Positions 56,622 through 64,000 of a stretch of DNA of 64,000 nt are shown one piece after another. Made by a program: the position numbers and the translations under genes. Origin of the DNA: an uncultured Candidatus Binatia bacterium (GTDB lineage Bacteria; Desulfobacterota; Binatia; UBA9968; JAJDTQ01); the NCBI GenBank assembly GCA_965213675.1, contig OZ243916.1, positions 3,616,001 to 3,680,000 of the forward strand. Reading direction: 5' to 3'. Each line of letters begins with the position of its first letter. Within the stretch, counting starts at the first letter, position 1. Below the pieces are notes generated by a model, which was not told the DNA's origin, made no database searches, and worked only from the letters and a program-made list of their open reading frames with translations.

Positions 56622-56717
56622 GTTTCCTCCGTTTCCGCCAAACGGTATTTCACCCCGCGTGATCTGGCGCCAGATCAGGAATCACCGAACTGCTTGCGTG
56701 GCAACGGCGCCCGTCCC

Positions 56718-57845
56718 TCAGATGCCGTAGAAGCGCTTGGGGTTGTCCACCAGGATCTTTTCGATGACGCGGGGCGGCAAGTCGTCGCGCTGGCGCATGA
56801 CGTCCACCATGCGCGGCTCGTTGGCGGGGTCGGTGTGGCCGTAGTCCGAGCCGATGAGCAGGTGGTCCTCGCCGGTGTAGTTGAGCAGGTAGGGCAGGTC
56901 CTCGTCCGCCTCGCAGGCCACGTAGATGCGATAGTCCTGGAACAGCGCCGGATGGGTGTCGTGCTTCCAGCGGGGGCGCTGGATACCGCGCCGCCCGCCC
57001 GCGGCCACGGCCCGGGACTCGCGCCGGAGCACGTGCAGCAGGTACGGGATCCAGCTCGCCTTGGCCTCGATGAAGCCGAAGCGCACGCCGGGATAGCGCG
57101 CCGGCAAGTGGTTGGCGATGATGTCCCGGAAGGCGAACAGCGGCAGGATGACCTGATTGGCGAACACCGAGCTGACGGCCAGGTCGAAGAGGTTGAGCAA
57201 GGTGCGCGAGCCCGAGCCCGTGTGGATGCAGATGGGCAGGTCGAGTCTTTCCGCCTCCTCGTACAGCGGAAAGAAGTACGGCTCGGCGATGCTGCGGTCG
57301 CGCTCCAGGCCGCGCAGGGTGACGCCCACGGCGCCGTTGGCCTTGCCCTTGCGCATCTCTTCCAGCGAGGCGTTCAGGGAGTGGAGCGGTGGCGCCACCA
57401 CCCAGCGGAGCCGTCCCCCGGACTTGGACCACACGTCGGCCATCCAGTCGTTGTAGGCGCGGCACAGGGCGGTCTCCAGTTCCGCGTCGTCGGTGAGGTA
57501 GACCAGGAACAGGGTGGGGTAGATGACCTGCACGTCCACGCCCAGCCGATCCATGTCCGCCAGCCGCGCCGGCACGTCGGTGATCTCGCGGCAGGCTGTG
57601 AGCACGTCCTGCCGCCGCGCCTGCCCCTTGGATCGGGAAGGCGTCACCAGCCGGAAGCCGCCCCGCCCGGCGGGCTTGGGGAAGAGGTTGCCGTCGATGA
57701 GCCACAGGACGTTGATGTCGGCGTACAGGGTATCGTCCGGCACTTCGGTCATTACCGGCCGGCGGGGATACATGGAAGGCTCCATGCGCTCCCACATCCC
57801 GGCCGATTCGGATATGTGCGTATCCGCGTCGATGACGCCGAGCAT
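56718..57845 (-). CDS. Amidohydrolase_2 family protein (LigJ/LigW/ACMSD-like)
   Basis: IDADTH, RLADMD..GVD.QV.YPT, RAYNDW, ICIH and GSDYGH. Confidence 0.85.
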   Translation of the reverse strand: MLGVIDADTHISESAGMWERMEPSMYPRRPVMTEVPDDTLYADINVLWLIDGNLFPKPAGRGGFRLVTPSRSKGQARRQDVLTACREITDVPARLADMDRLGVDVQVIYPTLFLVYLTDDAELETALCRAYNDWMADVWSKSGGRLRWVVAPPLHSLNASLEEMRKGKANGAVGVTLRGLERDRSIAEPYFFPLYEEAERLDLPICIHTGSGSRTLLNLFDLAVSSVFANQVILPLFAFRDIIANHLPARYPGVRFGFIEAKASWIPYLLHVLRRESRAVAAGGRRGIQRPRWKHDTHPALFQDYRIYVACEADEDLPYLLNYTGEDHLLIGSDYGHTDPANEPRMVDVMRQRDDLPPRVIEKILVDNPKRFYGI

Positions 57846-57967
57846 GGAAGTTGGCGCCCTTGGTGCTGGCGCGGCGCTGCGCTCAGGACGAACGGAATCG
57901 GACAACGTCGATACCCCCGTGAGTTGCCTGCGGCTTTCAGGGTTCCGCGGCGCCAGGCCGCGACCGC

Positions 57968-58855
57968 TCAGGCCTCCGCCTTGACGTTCAGCTCCATCAC
58001 ACCGATCTTTTCGATCTCGCCCCGGAGCTTGTCGCCGTCGAGGAGCGTGTGCACGCCCGCCGGCGTTCCGGTGGTGATGAGGTCGCCGGGCCGGAGCGTC
58101 ACCACGCTCGACAGGAAGCGGATGTGGTCGCGCACGCCGCAGATCATGTCGCTCGTGTGCGCGGTCATGACCTGCTCGCCGTTGTGCCATGCGCTGAGCT
58201 TCAGGTCCTGCGGCTCCGGGACCTCGTCCCGGGTGACGATCCACGGCCCCAGCGGGCTGAAGGTGTCGAAGCCCTTGCGGATGTTGCGGGTGTTCTGCTT
58301 GCCGCGTCCCCAGGGATCGCGCTGGCTGATGTCCCAGCAAATGGTGTAGCCGAACACGTAGTCCAGCGCATCCGCCTCGCTCACCTTGCGCGCGGTCTTG
58401 CCGATGACCACGCACAGCTCGCACTCGAAGTCCACGTCGTGGGACACCTTGGGAATGATCACGCTGCCCCCCGGCCCGATGATGGACGACACCGGCTTCA
58501 GGAAGTCCTGGGACATGTGGTCGTCCTTGTCCGGCAACTGCTGGGGGCCGCCGCCCATGCGCGTCTCCATCTCCTTGCGATGGTCCATGTAGTTGGACGC
58601 CGCTGCCCAGAGCGACGTCGGGTTGTCAATGGGCGCCCGCAGCGTCACCTGGTCCAGGGCCGTCCCGTTGCCGGCGCGGATGCATGCGTCGACACAGGCC
58701 GGGGCGCCGGCGTTGCCGGTCATCGCTTCAATGACCTGAACCATGGTGTAGCCTTCCTTGAGGATGCCGGCCGCCACCATGGCCGCGCCCACGGGATAGA
58801 CCTTGTCGTCCACCACCGCGCCCGCCTGCTTGTCGTCGTAAGTACAGAATTTCAT
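57968..58855 (-). CDS. Fumarylacetoacetate hydrolase family protein
   Basis: NY.DH, FLKP, DFECEL, DISQRD, KGFDTF.PLGP and GDLITTGTPAG. Confidence 0.92.
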   Translation of the reverse strand: MKFCTYDDKQAGAVVDDKVYPVGAAMVAAGILKEGYTMVQVIEAMTGNAGAPACVDACIRAGNGTALDQVTLRAPIDNPTSLWAAASNYMDHRKEMETRMGGGPQQLPDKDDHMSQDFLKPVSSIIGPGGSVIIPKVSHDVDFECELCVVIGKTARKVSEADALDYVFGYTICWDISQRDPWGRGKQNTRNIRKGFDTFSPLGPWIVTRDEVPEPQDLKLSAWHNGEQVMTAHTSDMICGVRDHIRFLSSVVTLRPGDLITTGTPAGVHTLLDGDKLRGEIEKIGVMELNVKAEA

Positions 58856-59018
58856 GGGTTGAAGTCCTCCGAGTTCTCCGTGCTGAGATCGTTGCCTTAT
58901 AGCACAGGGCAACAGGAGCGGGACAGAGGATGTGGCCGCCCGTTCCCAACGCGAACCACGAAGCCGGAGAACGCCAGGATCCGGCGCCACAGGGACGATG
59001 ACCAAACGATGTCCCGCC

Positions 59019-59042
59019 GGGGCGACCGCCGGTCGCCGCTAC
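59019..59042 (-). repeat. GTAG-type REP-like palindrome
   Basis: Minus strand GTAGCGGCGACCGGCGGTCGCCCC. Confidence 0.55.
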
Positions 59043-59173
59043 CGGAGGGGTGTGATGCGTGAAACGGCTGGCGCATTTGCGACGTCCCGCCAAGGCCACC
59101 GGGGGTCGCCCCGGCAAGGCGTTGTGGTTTGGCGCTGGCAAGCGGGCGTGCGGGTTTCAGGACCGGTGGGGGT

Positions 59174-62100
59174 TCACCAGCGTATGGTGAACTCGATTCC
59201 GATGGTGTGAGTGGGCGGGGCGGTGTCGCTTTCGTTGCGCGTGGCCTCGATGCCCAATGAGAGGTCGAGCCCGATGCCGCTGGCCGCCGGTTCCAGGCGC
59301 CAGCCCATGGCGTATTCGCGCGAACCGGCGGCGAGGCCGAGGCTGACGTGGGGAGTCCCGATGAAGCGTCCGTCATGGACGGGAATGCCGTAGGCGGCTT
59401 CGGTGGTCCAGCGGGCTTCCGCCTGGGTTGCGGTGCGCTCGGCGAGGGGGTCTGGGGTGAACAGCGCGTCCATGCCCCCTTGGGCCTTTCCGCCGCGCTC
59501 CTGGCGTAGGGTGAGGGAGGGGCCGAGCGGGGTGGACGGGTTGGGGTCGTAGGTCAGCCTGGCGGCGAAGCCATGGTCCTTGAGGTCGTTGTCGCCGTGG
59601 GCCAGCAGGGTGCGGCCCGAGACCTCGAGGCTCAGGCCGAGAGCGGGACTGCTCCAGGCGAGGCCGCCGCCGAGTTCCACGCCCATGCCGGTTTCGGCAT
59701 CGCCGCCGTCATGCCGCGCGCCGATCTCCAGTCTGGGGGTGACGTGGGCGCCGCGGTCCAGCGCCACCCGCCAGCTTCCCTCCAGTCCCATCCGGAGCCG
59801 GGTCACGTCGGAGTCCGAAGCCGCCAGATGCGCGGTCTTGTCGGATGAGGTCCGCGCCCACAGCGCGTCGGACAGCAGCGCCAGCCCCAGGCCCGGCTTG
59901 CCCCGAGGCGTGAGGTCGCCGCGGAAACCCAGCGACGCCATGGCCCAGGACAGATTCGACTCGTACTCGCCGGCAACCTCGGGGGTCAGGCGGAGCTTGC
60001 CCGCGCCATAGCCTGCCGCGCCCCAGAGCTTCAGCCGTTCCGAGACCTGGACGGACCCGTAGGGGACCGCCCCGGTGAGCGTGGCCACGACCTTGCCGTT
60101 GCCCGCCGGCAACGTCCCGTGGCACAGCCCCGGTTCATCCGCGCCGCAGACCCCGAGACCGGCCCTCCCGCCGGTGTACTTTCCCGCGCCCTGGCTGTGG
60201 GTGACGGCCAGCCCCACGATCCACGGGCCCCGGGCATAGTCCATCCCGAGCATTCCGGTGGTGACGTCGCCGTCGAGGGAGAAGGTTCCCTCCCGTCCCT
60301 TGAAGGCGGCTTGTTCGGCGTCGCCCCAAACGGCCATGCTGGCGTCGTTCCCGTCCGCGCCGAGGGTGACGGTAAAGTGGCTGCCGGCGATCAGTTCGCG
60401 CAGGGTCAGAGGGCGCCATGAAGCGGGCGCGCTGGCCGGATCGCGTATGTCGCCGTAGCCAGGAAGGTGGCCGCCAAGATGGCCACCCAGATGGCCGCCC
60501 AAGTGGCCGCCGAAGCGCCCATCCAGCGGGTCGCCAAAGACGCCGCCCCCGGACCCTGATCCGAGGCTCAGGGCCTGTCCCCCAAGGACCGCGCTGGTTC
60601 CGGAGGCGCGGGGCGCGGTCAAGCGCCGGGATATGCCGTCCAGGGCCTGCTGGGCCACGGTCCGGCCGAAGCGGCTGAGCCAGGCCTTGGGCATGGGGTC
60701 GGAGTTGACGATGGTCATCACGCCCACGCCCCGGCCCATGGCCGCGCCTCCGGTGGGGTTCGACAACGCTACCTCGAAGGTTTCCGCCTCCTCGTCGTGG
60801 GAATCGTCGCGCAATACCACCGGAATCCGCTTCTCGGTCTCACCGGGCGCAAAGGCCACCCGCTGGCTCCGCGGCCAGTAGTCGGCGTTCTCCCGCGCCG
60901 ACACCGGATGCGATTCGCGGGTGGCGTACGACACCTGAATCGTGCGCTCCGAAGCCGGACTGAGCCGGATGGCAAACCACAGCGTGGTCTCGTTTTCGTG
61001 CGCCGAACCGTCTTCCACCGAAAGGGTCGGGCCTGCCGGCTGTGTCTGGTCCGAAGGCGCGGCTTCGGCGGTATTCGCCGCTTCGATTTCACCAAGCGCC
61101 TGGGCCACCTCCACCCAGCGCTCCAGGCCCTGATCCACCAATGCCTGCGCCTCGGCCGCCGTCATGGGGGTGAGCGCGCTGTCCTCCACGCTCTCGCCGA
61201 AGGCCAGCAGCGCCCGGTCCCAGCGGTCGGTGTGTGCCGTGTATGACCGCCACGCCGGATCGTTCCGCCAGTCGTACATCTTCGCGATGAGCGCGGCGTA
61301 AGGACGCGCCGGCGCCACATCGAGGGTCGCGGCGCCGGCCAGGCCGTCGAGCAGGAGGGTGTCGCCGTTGCCGTCCTCGTAGGCCGGCGTCACCGTTACG
61401 GTGAGGGTCATGGCCTCCATGACGTCATGTCGAAAAGTCCACGCGGTCGCGGTCACGCCGTTCTCGTCGCCGTGGACGTGGGAAGGCGGCCCGCTGTCGC
61501 CCTGGCCTTGGTATTCCACCCGGTAGGAAGTGGCGTGCGTCACCGCGTCCCAGGTCGCGGTGGCGCTGGCACGGTCCACCGCGTTCACCTGGACGTTGGA
61601 AACCGCCGTGACGGGAACCGGGACCGCGGAAGCGCGCTGCGCCTGCTGCTCCGACCCGTCGAGTGGGTCGGGCGTGGACCGGTCATCATCAATCATCGAG
61701 CCTGTCGCCAGGTCGTCCGCGATGGTGGCGCCCGTTGCCCCCGACAGCACCACGCTGAAGCTCTCCCGTTCCTCTTTATGAGAATCATCCACGGTCTCGA
61801 TCCGGATTGCCCGACGCTCCTGCCCCGGACGGAAGGTCAACTGACCGCTGCCGGCGACGAAATCCTCGCCGGCCACCGCGTTCCCGTAGCTCGGCCCGTG
61901 GGTATTGCTGTCCTGGTTGAGATTCGGTCCCGTGCGGGTCTCCCAGTTGACGGTCACCGTTTGCGCCGTTGGTCCGGATAGTCTGACCGGCAAGACAATA
62001 TCGTCGCCCTCCCGCACCCCGTGGTTCCTGATGGAGAGGGTCGGCGTCGCGTCGTCGTCCTCCACCGCCACCTTCGCCGAGGCCGGGTCGCCCACGCGGT

Positions 62101-64000
62101 AGCCTTTGCCGCTCTTCACCGTCGCCTTGACGCTGCCGTCGGGCTCGTCGGTGATGTCGTCCAAAATGAGGGCGCCGTAGAAGGTCGTGGAGGTCTCGCC
62201 GACCTCGAGCCGGATGGTGGTGTCGCGGCTGTCGTAGTTCAGCAGGAAGTCCTGCCCGTCGCTGGTGTCCTCCGACACCGTGACCGCCACCTTCAGGGCC
62301 TCGCGGCCGCTAGCCGCCGGGGTGGCGTGCAGCGTGAACTTGACCCCGTCGCCCTCGGTGACCGTTTCCTCCTCCGTCGTGATGGTGACCACCGGGGTGG
62401 GGTCGGGGTCGTTGTCCATCACCCGCACCGTGGCGCCCGACGGGCAGTTGCCGGCTTCGCCGTCATAGGTTTTGCCCGGATCCATGCCGGCGTTCCCGCC
62501 GATGGTGTATTCCTGCTCGGGGTAGTGGGGGCCGACCCAGGCGCAGTAGTCGTAGTAGCCGGATGCGCGGAACACCTTGTCCTCGGTGGCCTCCACGTCG
62601 AAGGTGACCTTGTTGCCCACGCTCACCAGGGCGCCTTCGTACCAGTACCCGGTGCTCCAGGGCACCCTGACCCTGACATTGATGAAGAACGGCTCGAGTT
62701 CGCCGGGCAGCACGCTGGGGTCGAAGTGCAGCGTGAACACCGCGGGCTGGCCCTCCTCCACCTGCCCGCCGCCGGTGATGGTGACGGTGGGGCCGGGCAC
62801 ACGGTCGTTGATGGTCGCGACCGCGTCGAGGGGCGTTCCGGCCATCACGCCGGCCGGCAGCAGGCTGTCGATGATGTCGATCCGGAACGTCTCGCCCGAG
62901 TCGTCGATGCCGTCCCGGACGATCGCGATGTCGACCGTCGCGCTGGTGCTCCCGGCCGGAATCGTCACGTCGTAGTTTACGCCGGAATAGTCCACGCCGT
63001 TGCCGGTCGCGGTGAGCGGGGTCAGCTCCACCCGCACCGTGGTGTCCACCCCGCGCGCCCGCGACAGCCTCACCCGCACCTGGAGCGTCTTGCCCTCGTA
63101 AGCCGTATAGCTGGCGGACGACAGCGACACGCCCGGCGGGTCCTGGATGTTGAAGATGGCGAGGTTGTCGGTCAGGCTGGAGCCGCCGCCAAGGCCCGTC
63201 CGGGCCACCGAATCGAACCCGATGTCCACCGTCTCCTCGGGGGACTCGGCCGTGCCGTCGTCGGTGGCGCTCAAGGTCAGGGTCGCGACGGTGGCGGTGG
63301 CGCCGGAGCCCGGGCCGGTGAAGGTGATCCTGGGGTTGTTGCCGCCGAGATCCACGTAGCTGACCCCGGTCGCCGCCGTGCCTGTCAGGGTGTAGTCCGT
63401 GCCGCGCGTCGCGGTGCCGTGGAAGCTGAGCGCCGCGGTCAGCACCTCGCCCTGCACGAGGCCGCGGCTCAGGGTCAGGGTGATGGTCTTGCTTTCGCCC
63501 TCGCCCACCTTGCCCGCCGCTCCGGCGAGGGTCACGCGGGTGGCGTCGTCGTCGGTCACGGCCAAATCGACCGAGGAGGTGCCGCCGAGCGAGTAGCCCG
63601 TGCCGGCCTGCAAGGCCACGGTGAGCGTGCCGTCGGGGCGGTCCACCGAGTCGTTGTTCACGTTCACGTCGAACTCGGTCGTGGTCTGGCCGGCGGCGAT
63701 GGTGATGTTCGCGCGCGACAGGCTGCCGCCGTAGCCGCTGCTGAAGGTGAGCACCGGCAGCGTCACCCGCAGGCCGCCCGCGGGCGCGGTCTGGTCCGAG
63801 GTCACGGTGAACGTGGCGCTGCCGCCCTCGGCCACGCTGGTGTTGCCGTCCTTCTCGGCGAGCGTCAGCACCGGCGCGTCGTCGTCGATGATGTTCGTGC
63901 TCGCCGACGTGGTGGCGCCCAGCGTGTAGCCGTCGCCGGGGCGCAGCGTGACGGTCACCGTCCCGCTGTTCTCCTGCAGCGCGTCGTTCACCGTCGGCAC
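59174..64000 (-). CDS. Large Calx-beta repeat surface protein with an autotransporter-like C-terminal beta-barrel (5' end beyond window)
   Basis: Repeated A.EG..F.V.LS...DY/DF...G.T...DD..DE..E.F modules; linker AWLSRFGRTVA; beta-strand-rich C-terminus (RHDGGDAETG.G.E) ending in W. Confidence 0.85.
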   Translation of the reverse strand: MPTVNDALQENSGTVTVTLRPGDGYTLGATTSASTNIIDDDAPVLTLAEKDGNTSVAEGGSATFTVTSDQTAPAGGLRVTLPVLTFSSGYGGSLSRANITIAAGQTTTEFDVNVNNDSVDRPDGTLTVALQAGTGYSLGGTSSVDLAVTDDDATRVTLAGAAGKVGEGESKTITLTLSRGLVQGEVLTAALSFHGTATRGTDYTLTGTAATGVSYVDLGGNNPRITFTGPGSGATATVATLTLSATDDGTAESPEETVDIGFDSVARTGLGGGSSLTDNLAIFNIQDPPGVSLSSASYTAYEGKTLQVRVRLSRARGVDTTVRVELTPLTATGNGVDYSGVNYDVTIPAGSTSATVDIAIVRDGIDDSGETFRIDIIDSLLPAGVMAGTPLDAVATINDRVPGPTVTITGGGQVEEGQPAVFTLHFDPSVLPGELEPFFINVRVRVPWSTGYWYEGALVSVGNKVTFDVEATEDKVFRASGYYDYCAWVGPHYPEQEYTIGGNAGMDPGKTYDGEAGNCPSGATVRVMDNDPDPTPVVTITTEEETVTEGDGVKFTLHATPAASGREALKVAVTVSEDTSDGQDFLLNYDSRDTTIRLEVGETSTTFYGALILDDITDEPDGSVKATVKSGKGYRVGDPASAKVAVEDDDATPTLSIRNHGVREGDDIVLPVRLSGPTAQTVTVNWETRTGPNLNQDSNTHGPSYGNAVAGEDFVAGSGQLTFRPGQERRAIRIETVDDSHKEERESFSVVLSGATGATIADDLATGSMIDDDRSTPDPLDGSEQQAQRASAVPVPVTAVSNVQVNAVDRASATATWDAVTHATSYRVEYQGQGDSGPPSHVHGDENGVTATAWTFRHDVMEAMTLTVTVTPAYEDGNGDTLLLDGLAGAATLDVAPARPYAALIAKMYDWRNDPAWRSYTAHTDRWDRALLAFGESVEDSALTPMTAAEAQALVDQGLERWVEVAQALGEIEAANTAEAAPSDQTQPAGPTLSVEDGSAHENETTLWFAIRLSPASERTIQVSYATRESHPVSARENADYWPRSQRVAFAPGETEKRIPVVLRDDSHDEEAETFEVALSNPTGGAAMGRGVGVMTIVNSDPMPKAWLSRFGRTVAQQALDGISRRLTAPRASGTSAVLGGQALSLGSGSGGGVFGDPLDGRFGGHLGGHLGGHLGGHLPGYGDIRDPASAPASWRPLTLRELIAGSHFTVTLGADGNDASMAVWGDAEQAAFKGREGTFSLDGDVTTGMLGMDYARGPWIVGLAVTHSQGAGKYTGGRAGLGVCGADEPGLCHGTLPAGNGKVVATLTGAVPYGSVQVSERLKLWGAAGYGAGKLRLTPEVAGEYESNLSWAMASLGFRGDLTPRGKPGLGLALLSDALWARTSSDKTAHLAASDSDVTRLRMGLEGSWRVALDRGAHVTPRLEIGARHDGGDAETGMGVELGGGLAWSSPALGLSLEVSGRTLLAHGDNDLKDHGFAARLTYDPNPSTPLGPSLTLRQERGGKAQGGMDALFTPDPLAERTATQAEARWTTEAAYGIPVHDGRFIGTPHVSLGLAAGSREYAMGWRLEPAASGIGLDLSLGIEATRNESDTAPPTHTIGIEFTIRW
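60464..60511. repeat. 4 x 12-bp in-frame tandem repeat encoding GGHL
   Basis: AAGGTGGCCGCC/AAGATGGCCACC/CAGATGGCCGCC/CAAGTGGCCGCC. Confidence 0.8.

Noticed and set aside
57846-58424. FAH-amidohydrolase fusion or frameshift (568-aa ORF)
   Set aside because: The upstream part is an alternative frame of the FAH gene; both genes are complete with their own start and stop

Overview
High-GC bacterial chromosomal window. Gene content (pan-like RNA leader, many orphan Bug/TctC and ABC solute-binding proteins, a Calx-beta surface protein) suggests a deltaproteobacterium-like lineage such as Binatia, possibly sponge-associated; this is inference. Positions 1-32 kb are mostly housekeeping: the end of the dcw cluster (murD-ftsW-murG-murC-murB-ddl-ftsQ-ftsA-ftsZ), mtnA, gshA, panBC behind a structured attenuator leader, smpB-tmRNA, msrA, iscS-iscA-nifS with a lipid A-type acyltransferase, and mfd-surA-pdxA-uvrA. 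A 2862-bp IS1-family element (20-bp TIRs, 8-bp near-perfect target duplication) carrying a HigB/HigA-IrrE cassette sits between iscS and uvrA. At 32.5-34.2 kb there is decayed defence DNA: a collapsed hsdM, a DUF433 antitoxin with a truncated PIN toxin, and nested IS3/IS30 ends. The 34-59 kb accessory region is catabolic, with UbiD/crotonase/CoA ligase and FAH/amidohydrolase/MaiA/DHDPS-like genes. The best candidate for an undescribed system is at 44.8-50.9 kb: three paralogous heme-oxygenase-like diiron (CADD/PqqC-fold) proteins with a shared RRxxWA...HExxE signature, an atypical gamma-glutamyltransferase-family Ntn hydrolase, two VOC proteins and a Bug solute-binding protein. All calls come from reading motifs by eye; no database searches were run.
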